Shown: positions 24,353 through 38,000 of the stretch, piece after piece
How the letters are laid out: the number at the start of each line of letters is the position of its first letter
Position numbering within the stretch: the first letter of the stretch is position 1
NCBI GenBank assembly: GCA_002633005.1
Contig: NMRA01000142.1
Coordinates: forward strand, 788,860-852,859
Origin: Phoronis australis
Lineage: Eukaryota > Animalia > Phoronida
Length of the DNA stretch: 64,000 nucleotides
Direction: 5' to 3'
Program-made: the position numbers and the translations under genes
The notes under the pieces: model-generated
Seen by the model: the letters and a program-made list of their open reading frames with translations, nothing else
Database searches by the model: none
Told to the model about the DNA's origin: nothing

Positions 24353-24870
24353 TAGATAGTGAAGCTCCTATGGATGCTTCATCCGCCATAATCTTTTCGG
24401 CGAATTATGCCTCGCATTGATTAAGACATCAGTCACACTGAGTACCTTTTGCGCATAGAGGAACACCTTAGGAGTCCTTCGATGTTTTTAATTCCTCCCA
24501 AATCAAACAATCAAAACTAGAAAAAGTACTCCCGTAATCAAACTTTTTCTTCGAGCAGTCCTTCGTTCAGTTGTCCAAACTGGCAACTGGCCGTTTTTAA
24601 CACTGTACATGGCAGGTGGTATGACATCATATCTCCTGGCACGCCCATTGTTAAAAATGGATTACGGGAGTATTTGTTTGATTTGGGAGGAATTAAAGAC
24701 ATCGACGGCCTCCTAAGGCATCTCTCTGTGCACACAAGGTACTTATAATAGTGTGACTTTGATGTTTTAATCATTGTGAGGCAAAATTCGCTGAAAAGCT
24801 TCCGGCATGTGAAGTGCCTATATGAGCTCCATCTCTGGTTCGGGCCAGGTAGAGACAGTGGTCACTGTCA
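24353..24870. mobile_element. Fold-back MITE family B, copy 2
   Basis: Palindromic; shares tactcccgt(a/t)atcaaactttttctt and ggaattaaagacatcga with copy 1. Confidence 0.75.
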
Positions 24871-24944
24871 ATTATTATATGAGTTGTAAGACTTGTTATT
24901 CAGTACTGGCATTCTCATTAGCCATTTGCCGTTATGTACTATGC

Positions 24945-25398
24945 ATAGAAGGTATACAAGAGCGATCCAATATGGCGGACGAGCAGGTGAGCTTTGACTG
25001 AATAAAGTTAATAGGGTGGTAAATTGCGAGTGTCGATGCTTAACTTAATATTTATTTAGTGAAGAGCACGGCCACTAAAAACAAATGGAATTACCTGATT
25101 TAGGCTATATGCCTCAAATTCCAAAGTTCACTTTGCGATTAACTATGGGTACTGCAGATGGCGCATGTTCGACGTAATATTGCTTCAGAATAACAACAAG
25201 TGGCGACACGCCCTGGTGAGAGTCAGGAAATGAATATTAGAACACGTGTTCTATTCTTGGAACACGTGTTCCAATAAATTGAGCACCGATACCTGTAGTT
25301 ACAGATGTGAAGTGTATTTTTCACTGTCAAGCTAATTTTAATTGTCAAAAACTCGTCTGCTGGACAGGCGTATTGAGTCGCTCTTGTATACCCTCTAT
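24945..25398. mobile_element. MITE with ~65-bp imperfect TIRs
   Basis: atagaaggtatacaagagcgatccaata at the left versus tattgagtcgctcttgtataccctctat at the right; internal palindromes gaacacgtgttc. Confidence 0.7.
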
Positions 25399-25918
25399 AT
25401 AATGTCCTATGAAGAGTTGTGGTAGGCAGTCACTGAATCAGAAGCGCTATTTGACCCATGTGTGTTGTATTATCGCTGCACAGTTCGCGAATTATTGGTT
25501 GGATACAGTAGATGCTCACTTTGCTTTTTAAACATTGCTAAGCCTCTAGATGGCGCTAATGTCAAAACTGCCTATCCAACACTTGTGTCTATTGACAACC
25601 TATACAATTAGCTGTATAACTACCAAATACTAGGAGTTAAGGATGGTGGCTTGTATTACAGCGGCAGTTCTCCATCTTTATCAGTTACTCGGTTGTCCGA
25701 CATTGAGAATTAATAGCCCTGCTGAACTGAACTGGGCTGCTGCTAGCTTCTCTTTACTAGAAAGTCTAAAACTTAAATAAATCTACTATTATACTAGCTC
25801 AACTTGACCTGAATGTCTTATTCAAATGATACAAAACTCTAGTAAAGGTTTCTACGGTGAAGAATCACAGAGAAAAGATTAAAAACTGGATGATCGCCGC
25901 ACAAATGAAGAAGTTCAT

Positions 25919-25966
25919 GATAAATCAACGTTTCGTCTATTCGTTAGACATCATCAGGATATTTAC
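25919..25966 (-). ncRNA. Penelope-type minimal hammerhead ribozyme motif
   Basis: Minus strand reads GTAAATATC-CTGATGA-T-GTCTA-ACGAA-TAGAC-GAAA-CGTT-GATTTAT: intact catalytic boxes, 5-bp stem II, palindromic minimal stem III and a short stem I. Confidence 0.55.
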
Positions 25967-26645
25967 ATAGGACAACAAGTGCCAACATACATCTCCTACA
26001 TCTTATCAAAGGCCGTGTGTGACTGAGAAGACCAGCAAGAACCCCTCCCTAGTCTTCATGTATTGTGCCTTCACTATACAAAACTCCTGGCCTGCTGTGT
26101 CTTAAATATCTCTTCCGGCCATGACATCATCTATTGCACTTTCCTTTGAATCCGAAATTACAGATTATGGTAAATCCCCATCAATGTGTTCATGATTAAC
26201 AACTGTGATAAAATTTCCATGTCTAATGTAAAACTGTTAAAAGAAAACAAAAAAGACCTGTTAAGGTGTACTGACAATTTCTCTTGTTTCACTCAACAGA
26301 AGCAGAGCTCAGGACATAAACTAAATCTCCCATTCTGTAGGGATGTTTGAGCACACACGTCACAATCACGTTTCATTTGGGCTTGTGCTATCTGCATAAT
26401 CCCTAGCCGTCAAGAGAGTCTGTTGGCTTTTATAGCATGGTCTTTGGGTCATTCTAGATAAAGAGGGTGTATATATGAGATCTACATGCCGATCAATTCT
26501 CTGACCCGTCATCTCTTCGTTGGTGGTAAGCCCCGTATGGTAATTCACTCAGGATGAATGATTCCTATGCTGGCTTTGTGCTTTGAAAACCATTGCATTT
26601 CTAAGTTTGTCTAAATCTGTAAACATGATGTTTTCAGGCTCCACA

Positions 26646-26799
26646 ATGGGAAAGCGCTTCGGTCATCTGGCCCGCATGACTGGCATGATCACCTACACGA
26701 TCTCTCCGTTCCAACAGAAGGCGTTTGCTGGTGCTGTGTCTGATGGGATACCCAATCTGTTCAGGAGGTTCAGAGAGCAGGTCGGCTACATTGTACCCC
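26646..26799 (+). CDS. UQCRQ: Cytochrome b-c1 complex subunit 8 (QCR8), coding exon 1 (MGKRFGHLARMTGMITYTISPFQQKAFAGAVSDGIPNLFRRFREQVGYIVP)
   Basis: MGxxFGxL, SPFxQ and PNxxRR UcrQ motifs. TTTTCAG acceptor at 26637, 8 nt before the ATG; C|GTGAGT donor. Confidence 0.93.
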
Positions 26800-26944
26800 G
26801 TGAGTATAACAGGTCGTATCGGTGGATCACAAGTCAATGGACATGTTTAGTATGATATCATTTTGAAGTTCTGGACATATATGAAAAATTTTATTGTGTT
26901 GTTGTCACCTAGTGACATTTGGTAAAATTTCGACTGTCTGTAGC

Positions 26945-27054
26945 GGTAATAGTCGGAAATAACGTGCCCGTGGTTTGAGAACCAGTTTGATGCCTGTTAT
27001 TCAGTAGAGAAAACTGGTTCTCAAAATGCGGGCACGTTATGTCTGAGCATTACC
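26945..27054. mobile_element. Merlin-like palindromic MITE in a UQCRQ intron
   Basis: GGTAAT...ATTACC ends; 9-bp TSD (g/a)tctgtagc; core gagaaccagttt / aaactggttctc. Confidence 0.75.
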
Positions 27055-27523
27055 ATCTGTAGCAGTTGACCTTAAGGGATTGTGGGATAGAGGTCATCCC
27101 GAGCTGCACTGCCAGCACATAATGAAATATGTACTGTAGAACTCACTTCATTTTTGGTCGTATTTCATTCCATCAAGCAGCCAGTAGTTCAGTTTATCAT
27201 TGGTATGAACAGATATGTAGCATCTACCCAGTATCAACTTCTGGCGCAACGAGCAGGTGATTGCCTGTTTAGCAATATCTGGATTCTGGTTTAGAGGAAT
27301 TCTTTCCCATAATTATGTGCTCTGGGAAATGCAGACATCGATTTTCACTATATATAAAAGATCAATATAATGAATCTTTCAAAATTTGAAAAATGACAAT
27401 TATTTAGTAACTATTTGTGTCTCAAATTGAAGAATGTTTACTGTATTCTATAGTGATACCTGGAAGTGAGTGACATTGTGGTTTTAAGGAATTATGCCAA
27501 TTTTTTTCATTTCTATTTTTCAG

Positions 27524-27618
27524 CATTCATTGTTGGCTATCTAATATGGGACTATGGAGAAAGGAAAAACGTAGAACTTTCCAGGAAAAACCCAAAAGAT
27601 TACGAGAATGACGTGTGA
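27524..27618 (+). CDS. UQCRQ: UQCRQ coding exon 2 (PFIVGYLIWDYGERKNVELSRKNPKDYENDV*)
   Basis: Polypyrimidine tract plus CAG acceptor, phase 1 match, RKNPxxYEND C-terminal signature. Total protein 82 aa. Confidence 0.93.
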
Positions 27619-30113
27619 TTTAGTGGTCGTGTGCTTTGATAGTTATTTATGAAGTGTTAAATGTGAGTGAAGCACGTTACATAGACAATATCAGGAAGGA
27701 AGACTAGGGAGTTATTGTACAAATGTAAAATACTCGCATCTTGCTTTTTAAAATGATTAGAGGCTAATCTGTGCACAGTTTTGTGTTCATGACTATGTGG
27801 AGATTGTTTAAATACAAGTATATGGTATGAACCAAGAATTTTTAATTAGTTTTTTATTAGGCCAAAACATATATTTGGTTCTGGTCTCTGTTTTTTGGAA
27901 AATTGGGTCGGTGGTGCAGTATTTTTTACTCACTCGCGTTTTCAAAAAAGAAAGTCCAACCGAGACGAGCAAAAATGATGCGGGAATTGTTTTTTTTTTG
28001 TTTCTTACTCACCACTTGACGAATCACAGCCCGAGTTTTAATTTGTATGACTGAAGGCACATTTTTATTTTCTAAAATAAACTTCTTCATATTTGGAAAA
28101 GCAATGCGTATAACCCTTCAACACCTCGAGAGCAAAAAAGCCAAGATGGGCCGAGTCGAAAGGGATGAAACAAAATTGCTTCATTCACGGACATTTAGAT
28201 ACATTGGGTGTTGTGGCATTCATTCAAATATTCCACAAGTGGCAGTTTGATGGTGAGAGAGTGACGAGGAATTTATGCTGGAAAATGTCCCACTGAATCA
28301 AATCCACACAAGAATGCAGAAGGCTGTCCAACTGTCCTATTGCCATCTATCATGTCGCCCTACATCGGAAAATGACTACTGAAGGAGTATTGGTATTTGA
28401 AACATGTAGGAACACTAAAGGTTTCATATAAACCAGAATTTATCGAACAAGTTGATTTAGACCACATTACATCATAACACGGGTGGAACATGATGAAGAG
28501 CAGTGGTAGGTGGTCCAATTCCATAATGGAATGTGGGTTTGTAGAGGCTATACTAGTCAATTGAAGATGCTTTGTCTCATTAAATTGTGAATAGGCAAAT
28601 GGAGTACTAGTTTAAAAACAACCCTGGGTTATACGGTGTGCTGGAAACCATCCGAGAACCAGTTAGTCTCATTTTGTAAGTATTTTTATATGAATGAGTA
28701 TTGTAATGTCATTGTTACCCTAATGAAAAAAAGCTAAGTTTTTATTATTTGTTTATTTCACTACCAAATAACGATTGCATACTATTTGGAATTTCTAGGA
28801 TTTCTTTTCTGTTCACAATTGTTTTTCAGTCAGTTGTGGTGTTTTCTATAAAAAACCCAATTTATTTACTAATTGTTTCTTTTCCTGATAATACTTGTAC
28901 ACACAGTTCTCCCGGAAATCACGTTGGCGCTTGCTACAAATATAAATATTCACGGTTTTAATGAGAAGTAGCATCTTTATTTTTGTATGGTCTCCCCGCA
29001 GGCAGTACGTTGAATCATCTTGAACTTGTATTAAGTTACTTTTCTTTAGATTCAAAAGTTGCTTGACAGGTTTGCAATTTCAGGAGGATAAATAACCAAA
29101 ATTAATATAGTCCTGCAAGAGGCTGGTCAATAACAAAGAGACATGTCAAGTTAAGTATATATGTATGTATTATAATTTTACAAACATAATTACAAGCAAT
29201 ATGTTAATGTAAACAGTTTATAAAAGTTGTGTTATAAGAACAAAAGGTCGTGATTCACATGTTACTTCAAAACAGACAATTGTTCAGCCACGATGGATAT
29301 GCTTAAGCTAAGTCCTTGATTTAAACAGCTCGGGCAACGCTGTATCGACAACTTTCTTGTTGTGCAAACTCATGCCACTTCATGACGAAGGTTGTATGTA
29401 GCCTCACAGCGCTTACTACATGACATACATTGCCAACTTGGTACAGAGATCAGTTACAACCCTGTGCAGCGCTATCCATGAAAGCCATTACTTTGGTTCA
29501 TGTTTGGGGTGAAACCCTTGGTTTTTTTGTTTTTAATTTGATAAGTTAAAAGTTCCTAATTGCTCGTGATAAAAGAATGGACCCAATGTAGATCAATGCT
29601 TGTTTCAACAGGAATATTTTTTCCAGTTTAAATTAACAATTTTCCTCAACCCAATATTAGCGCTGCCAGGGTCTTAAAGATGTTTTCAATATGAAAATTG
29701 GCTTTCTTAAATTTAAACAACCACACATAATTGAAAAGGATTAATTTATTTCACAGCAAATTTGATTTCTTCTAGTTAAATGGGATTTCCTTCCTATATA
29801 TCACATATGGCCTCGACATGGAATGGCCAATTTACTCGAGCAAACTGATCTCGCAAACTTCCTTGCCATGACAGCAACAGGATTTTTGAGAGATTACCTT
29901 TAACGGTTTTTAATATCTATAATTGAAATATAAAGCGGTCCAGTTTTGGAAGAATTGGCTTTACCCAAGTGTAAAAATGTTTAGCGGTAAACATTTTCTA
30001 TTGCATTATAAAGAGGATTCAGGGACATTTTGTTCAGCTGAGTTACATAAATCAAAAAATTGCATTTAAGGTAAATGGTAAGAAGCGAAAATCCCTTTGA
30101 GAACAATAATGAT

Positions 30114-30223
30114 GGTAATGGTCTGATATAACGTACCCGAATTTTGAGAACCAGTTTTCCCCACTAAATAATGGGCATCAAACTGGTTCTCAAAATGCGG
30201 GCACGTTATATAAGACTATTGCC
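30114..30223. mobile_element. Merlin-like palindromic MITE
   Basis: GGTAAT...ATTGCC ends; perfect 8-bp TSD ATAATGAT; inverted relative to the 26945 copy. Confidence 0.8.
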
Positions 30224-31806
30224 ATAATGATCAATAAAAAAACTTAGCTGCAGACAAAACAACTGACTGAACTTAGTTTCCATGCAACATTTGCAGAAAT
30301 AATCGGGCAAACTGTTGCATTCTACTTTCTTTTCATGACTTTGGTCATTTTTAACATTTATGCTAACACATCTATTAACATTTCACCACATTTGAGCAAG
30401 CCTTTGCAACCAGGAGGTTCTCGGAGTCACTGGATGTGTGAGGAAAACTTTGTGGTGTAGTCTGGCGTGTCCTTCATGTTCAGTCAATGCGTGTAACAGT
30501 GAACACTGCTACCTGTAAAATGGCAATTGCCACAATACAATAGCCTTCCGCTGGCTGTTAGTATGTTAAGTCAAGCAAGCTAGACGGAAATGCCATACTG
30601 TTTAACGGGATAAAGTTTTTGAAAAAGTTACTCGGTTTCACTTTTGAAGAAAGAAACATGTATTTTTAGCAACCGATATAATTTAGTATTTCAAGGAAAA
30701 CCTGTATTAGGTGACTACATTAGGGTCTACACATTGACTGACAGACAGGGAGATGACATTTGCTAAATAAAAATCTTAAGGCATATAATTCTGGGGAAAA
30801 TCTTACTGTGGCATAGATGTCCCTAGACTGACTATTGAAAAAACCCATGACATTGATAATGTCAGGGGATAGCCGTCAGAAATTCACCCGCACATCATAC
30901 TTGTGTTGATAATAAAGCCAACATCCCTCCGCTTAGTAAATCGGCCGAAACTCACAAGTGGCAAAGACTTGGTGCACAAACGGTTTCAATTGCACAGCAC
31001 TAGTAATGTGCATTGGTGATTTAACGAGGGCTGACGCTGATATTCTCATTCGCCAGCCACACCCCATAAAACGTTGGAAGTGATATGTTCTACAGAACTG
31101 ATGAGGAATTCAGCAGGACTAAATTATAAAGTATTCTGGTTTAAATATAATCCACACAATTCTTCCGCTAAATGTTTTCTAATCGGTACCAGTATACGAT
31201 ACTGCCTTGCGCAGCAACGACATGCATTTGTAACAAATTTTTGACAATACAAACCCCTTACATAAAAATACTTGTCAATTCCGTTGTTTAGGCACGTCCA
31301 TTAAGGTGTTATACTTGTTGAAAAAATAACACTGGCAACAGAGATAGTGCGTGTTTAACTGTTACAAAGTATATTATGACCTGGTTCACAAGCTGGCAAC
31401 ACTGAGTGAATACGAGTGAATAGCTGTTGCCACTGTGTATCAGCACTTGAGACAGGACAGTCTCCATTTCTTCGTCTACTGCATTACTAACAATAGTCGG
31501 GACATTGATTAAATACACAAAAGATTCAGGAGTCCCTTCTAACACAGGTGGTGCACCAGGCAGTAGACAAGAGTGTTGTGGGCATGACATTAGAGACATG
31601 TAGTTTTACAAGAGCCAACTAACATATTCAAAGTTAATAACTACTTTCACAATCAAATTAAATTAATGCCACGTGTACTTGTAAAAATCTAAGACGCTAT
31701 CATTTTAGTCCAAGACCCATTGCACGACCTTTGAACAAAGCCGACCTTGAACCAGACTTGACAGTCTCCACGTGAAAAGTCAATAGTTAAGTGGTTTCGA
31801 CATCAC

Positions 31807-32077
31807 GGGTCTGTTTCAAGAAACTGACTAAGATAGAAATTTGGTCTTGCCCTGCCACTTCATAATTGCTGAAAAAAGGTTTAGCCAAATAATTATGAGC
31901 ACATCAGTCTAGAAACAATTTATTGAAATTATCTCAGTAACTAGCAGAAGTGTGTAAATACTCAGACACTTTGGACATTTTGCTGTAGTGAGATTTATTT
32001 GTTTTCTGAAATAGTTGTGTGGAGCGCAAGACCAAATTTCTGACTTGTCTTAAGAGACTTTTCATGAAACAGGTCTC
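31807..32077. mobile_element. PIF/Harbinger-like MITE (related pieces at about 12670-13370 and 39650-39826)
   Basis: TIRs gggtctgtttcaagaaa / tttcatgaaacaggtc; subterminal gaaatttggtctt / aagaccaaatttc shared with the other pieces. Confidence 0.55.
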
Positions 32078-35000
32078 TGAATTAGGCACAAAATCCAAAA
32101 GTAGTAACCCAAGGAATCAGTAAAAGTCAGGGTTATAAAATACACATTGGTCCAATGATCTTCTCATTCTCTTTAACCATGATCCAACAAAAATAAGACC
32201 ACTGAAACATGGATAGGCAACAAAGGAAACCCACAACCCATAACACATTGGGTAACCCTAGATTGTGAGAGTAATGAGAATACCTATCAGATAACACGAT
32301 GGTGTTGGCCTGTACATATACAAAGAGAGACAATCATTTGCAAGATGTCGCATATGCTTTCAGCAATTGTCTGAGGGACTGTTCACTAAGATCACCATTT
32401 TCGTGAATGTATGTAACGGATGATTTGGGGAGGGGGTCGAGACCCGTTGCTAGAGCATACCTTGGGCATAATAAAAAAGACAAAATTCATCACTTCCCTT
32501 CTGCATTTTTCGCACCTAATGGTCAATGTAGGGTCTAAGCTTGACAAACAAGTGAAGACACCAGATAGACATCTTGTCTTTTCATCTTGTTTTCACTTTC
32601 ATTGGGAGGAGTCGGCCAACGGTTCATTAGGTACACTCAAGAAAATAATAATTGTGAGTTGAATATTACACTAGTTGTTCAGTTCAGAGGTCATAACACT
32701 TGACAGTCTGTGGTGTCTCTGACCCAGTGCAGACCATCAGTGATACATAAAATAACAATGGTCTGTAAACTGTGTGCGGTGCGTGCAGTTGACTGTATTC
32801 AGCTTCTTGAAACAAGACACGTCAGCTCATGGAATAGTTCTTTGGTCCTGTAATCAAAAGTGTTACAAAGAATAAATTAACAAAAAAGAGACTCCAACAC
32901 ATCCAATTAGAAAGTTGGGTTGATATCGTAAAATCTCGCAAATTTAGGACAAGATATGATTATCCACTGCAATTTGCACCAATCTACACCCTACTGGATC
33001 TCTGCGTCCAAATACCATGCTGAATTATTTCTCTGCAGGAGCTGAATGTAAAATGGGAATTGTGGCTTTCAATAAATTACTGCACAAGCCAAAAGTATTC
33101 AGACAAGATGATCCAAAACTCCAATCACGACAGCTGGGCAGAATCAAATTCATCGTTAGATTAGTCTTCCCTCAAGGCTGAGATGAAGTAGAATTACCAA
33201 GATTGTAAGGTGGCTAACTGGCTAAGCCTCTCAGTAATTAAGATACTGCCCCCATGTGAGTAATAGTTATTATCAGCTATTTTTGCTTTTCACACAATTA
33301 GCTGTCATGACAGGAAAAGGGGATTTAATCTATTATTAACAATGTACTTCCTTCAAGCAAGGTGACACACGGTTTTACCTTTAGCAAACAGGACTTAACA
33401 CCCACAAATTAATGATAAGATTGTGATCAAAAAGTGACTACTGCCAGGTTTGACTATGTATCAAACAGTGCCGCGGTGAATAGCAATCACAGGGATCTAT
33501 AAGACAAGACAAGACATGGAAGACAAATGAAATACTGTTTGTCATAGAAGATGAGTAACATAAATGCGTAAATAAATGCTTTATCTGTTTTAAGTTCTAT
33601 TCCAATTAGCAGGAAGTTTTGAGAAATTGAGGACAATCACATTCATGTGGAGGCCTTTGAAAAATGAAGAAACGTCAATTTTGAAAATTATTTTTGTCTG
33701 AAACAAGCGACATTTTAACGTAAATATCTTTGTAAAAAGCAGTGATGGCAATTTCAATGCTTTGCTAGGAAAAGACACTATGCATCTAAGTACGGACAGC
33801 TTGTAGCTTCTACAATGTGTTGTAAACTTTACTTCAGAACTATGGACACTAACAGCTGCTACTAGAGGTTTCAGCAAGTTTATTTCAGAGCAAACGGTAC
33901 TGAATATACAATGTAAGACTATAAACACAACAGGGACATTATCAAAATAATTGATGAAATATCTACTGTATGACCTGCATGATTCTGATCACTACACATA
34001 AAAGAATGGTAATTAGCTTTATTTCACAATTTGACTGAAAAATAAAATTTAAACATTTGAGCATTATCATTGAACCAGATGTTCCATGATCTAAACAGCG
34101 CTAAATACATCTCAAGATTTTGGTGTCCATATCCCATGGAACTGGGGAAATATTTTAGGGTTCAACCGCACACATTTTCACACTGATTATACATGCTAGG
34201 TGTTCCTTTCACGTTTCCTGCCCAGTAGATATGCATTCTATTGCTAGATCTTCCAATAGCAGGAGTCGCTCACTGTATAACCATCCTACATAACACAAAT
34301 AGTTTAACTATAGGGCGAGATATTTTCAGATGGAGAGAAATCCCACAAGCCCTAGAAGCCAGGAGTCCAGGCCACTACACATATGTAAACTTATAGATTT
34401 CCTGATCATAAATTGAATGACGCTACGATGAATAGGCAGATATGATAAAACTCCAATGCCAGCTTCTTACTCATGTAAAATCAATGTGGCTTGCAGGCAT
34501 AGATGGTTTCACTACAGCTGTCCATCCAATGATGTGTCATTCACGGAATTAGTTTGTGACACATTTACAAGTTGCTTGGAACCAATGAATCAGTTACTAA
34601 AGGGCCATGCTGGTCTGAACGGGATTTGAACTCTGCTGCCGCGTTTGAACTCCACTGCCCTCTGCTGCTGGTGTCGAGACTTAAACTCTGCCATTATTGT
34701 GGCGGAAGTTAGGGCAAACTATGTGACATGCACATACCACATGCATGGAGATGGTATGACTAACAGTTCCAAACACCTGGCTGCTTCAGTCAACAATTGA
34801 AGACCAATAGTCTCTGGTGAATTAATGGGTGTTAACGACACAACTTAAATTTAAACTGGCTGTACCCACCTTAGGTAGTCAAAACATTAACTTCTGATTA
34901 AGACCACTTTCTGGTACGAAATACATCTCAACTTGTTCCTTACTCAGATGGAGAATCAGTTTTGAGACTTGAGACCATGATTGACACCTAATCTGACATG

Positions 35001-38000
35001 CCGTGACAAGACAACTTATAGAGCTTCAGAATCAGGTATAATTCGCAAGTACCACAATAGTAACAAGTTAAAGACAATGCTATTTTAACATATTCTATGC
35101 TAAACAAAGTGGGGTTGTATCCAATGACAACTTGTAAATGTGAAAACAAAAAATTCTCCAAATAAGTGACCTTTGCACTACTGATATACCTTAGGGGCTC
35201 ACCATCACGACTGGACACAGTTCAGTAATTTCAGGCGGATCATTTTCGCCACAAAACTCGCTCTTAAAAACATTTGGCAATTTTCAGCCTACGTCATATT
35301 CACATCGTCGTTACATATTGTGTTTCAAACTCGTTTGGCCTAGCAATCACACAGACAGGGAATCAGCCTGAAAGTTCCACTTTAAGACCACATTCATAGT
35401 GCTAAGTGTCCTGAATCAGTTTTTCAAGGAAGACACGTTTACAGATCAGCATTAAATGCAGACACAATGATCTCGCAACATCTATTCTGAGAGGAAAGGA
35501 AAATGCTTGACGGAAAGTCAATGTATTCGTATAGCACATACGGACATATTTAGGTCCATGCGTCTGCATGAAAAGCCGAGCCTACATTCGTAAATACCTG
35601 CATTCTGAAAAACAAAGGAGAAAGTTTCTGCTGAGTACAAAGTCTACCCTTATCCCGATACATAAAATGTAAAGATTGACATGTACTCAAGATAACTGTA
35701 TTTAAATGACAAGTATGTAAAAGACTGAGAACACACGCACACACACGTACGTGCAGGTTTCAGTTATAATTTCAAAACATCAACCAAGCGAAGACTACAT
35801 ATATAGAAAGGCATGTTGGTCCACAATATGCGTTTCTGATGGCCTGTATTATTGGATTTTCCGACAACGTTGACTAAAAAAAAACAGCCAATCTCCGTCA
35901 ATGAACTTCTAATGAACTTCAAATTGATTTTTCTCGAAAGGGGAATCGGTGCAAACCAGCAACACTTTGTTATGATGGTGGTAACATGATCCAGATCAAA
36001 ACATGGGCCATTGTCTGCTACAACTGTTTCCAAGTATCCACATGTGGGGACAGACCTAAGTTGTGCTCTTGAACACAAGACTTTGAAAACAGTAGTTGAA
36101 GTCTTACACCTAGAAACAACTTGCACAAAGAAAACAAAAGAGGAAAATCAGGTGTACACGACACAGGTGTTCAATGTAAAAAACTGGGTTATCAACGAGC
36201 CATAAAATTCGTCTCGTGAGAGTAAATACCTAGGTTCAGATTGACCGAGAACCTGCTGAGATGAACCCCAGAACTTCACCTAACCAACTAACATTGGTCT
36301 ATTTATATTCAGGTCCTTGAGCAGTAACAATTCTAATTTAAGACAGTCAGTCAACAAGAAATTTTCTTTATCATTGATTTTTAAAGAGGATTATTTTTAT
36401 TTCTGATTTCCGCCAGAGAAGATTTCCATGCATATAGCCACTTGTTTATGTTTCTTAGAGTGAAAAACATTGCTTAAAAATCCTGGGCATAGCACCAGCG
36501 TATTAGTCGAAATACTTTAAGGTCCACTAAGAATCATGTTCTGGATTCAGGGTCTATTCTACAGACTCAGGCTCAACTCAAGACTCGCGATTCAAAACTT
36601 AACCAATCGTGCCACATTGTTAGGGCACAGATTTTTTTTTAAGTTTAAGTAAATAATACCATGCAAGTGGTCATTTTTCGAGTCCAGTTCCGAGTACAGA
36701 AGGTGTGTTACTGTCCCTTTAAAAGTTTTTAGTAGCGCAACAGGGACAACGTTACTGATAAGTAATAGTACACAGCGTCTTATGTGAAGGCCATAAAAGT
36801 ATATTTGAAGATTGACAACACACTTCAAATTCAAGGATCACAACAATCAGGTCAAATTCGAGCCCTTGACTTATGGAAATGGTTTTGTATAAACTGCGTT
36901 GTAACGTATTCAACTCAGGCAAGTCACAATTTCTACTGAGTACGAAGCTATGACAATATAATTTAAGGAGACCTATCTTGTACCAAAAGTTTGCTTAGGT
37001 CTCAAGTAGGATCAAGTGCACAGTGATTACAAAATGGAAGAGAACTTCACCAAAGATGGCATCATGAAGTTACTCTGAGAGGCTCTTTCTATATAATGCA
37101 ATGACGTAACAAGATTTGGTTTCTCCGTAATATCTGAGTGAACTGGAGTTGCAAATAATCTCCAGACAACCAGTTTTAAGTGTTTAATGTGGAAAATAAA
37201 AACCCAAGATCACACATAACCGGACCAATCAACAAGTAGGTACGATGTTGTGAGTGCACAGAAGTTTTCAAAAATTTGTGGGATGATAGATATCGTACAA
37301 AACTTGAATGTAGTAAAGCATCAATTTGACAGTGTGAATTTTGCATGAAAAATACTAAAGGTTCAACTGTTGGCCACACTGTCCTCATCTGGTGATTTAG
37401 TGCATTCAATAGTCACCAGAGGTTGTTTTTGTGTCATCTGACACAACCAAGTGAAAACAGATGCATGTTGACTCATCGTTTTTGATCAGTTGCAAGATTA
37501 GAATAATTTGTTTCGCTTCTCCATTATCTTTCCGGATATTTGATTGACCAAAATACCACCAGATTTGTCTAATTTTTCAAATATTATTTTTTTCAAATAT
37601 TATTTACGCTTCGTTATGTGTTGATACAATCTTTTCTAAACTTCTTTCATGGACTCAACCTAGAAATTGCAATGAACCCCAAAATTTTGGAAGTGTAGGG
37701 TGAACATCGAGTATTACAAAACCCATACATATCAAACCTTCACAAAGAAATCTAAGCATAAAATATGGACAATGGGTGGAGAAAAAAAGAGTCAACAGGA
37801 AACATTCTCCATATGGTACAACTCTTCAACATTGTGAGAGCACAAAAGCATCTTTCCTTAGCAACACGCACCAAAATTCTGGTGTGCAAGACAGGCCGAG
37901 TTAACAGGGACGAAACAAAATCTTTCTTTCACAGACATTTTTAGACGGACATTTTTTGGGAATCGTTTGACTATCCCACTGCACAACAGTGACAATTAAC

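Noticed and set aside
24972-24986. ATGGCGGACGAGCAG|GTGAG looks like a first coding exon (MADEQ) with a YY1/Kozak context
   Set aside because: It lies inside the left TIR of the 24945-25398 MITE and would be out of frame with UQCRQ if spliced to 26638.
26583-26645. N-terminal extension of the UQCRQ ORF in the track
   Set aside because: Mostly intronic sequence upstream of the acceptor at 26637; the true ATG is at 26646.
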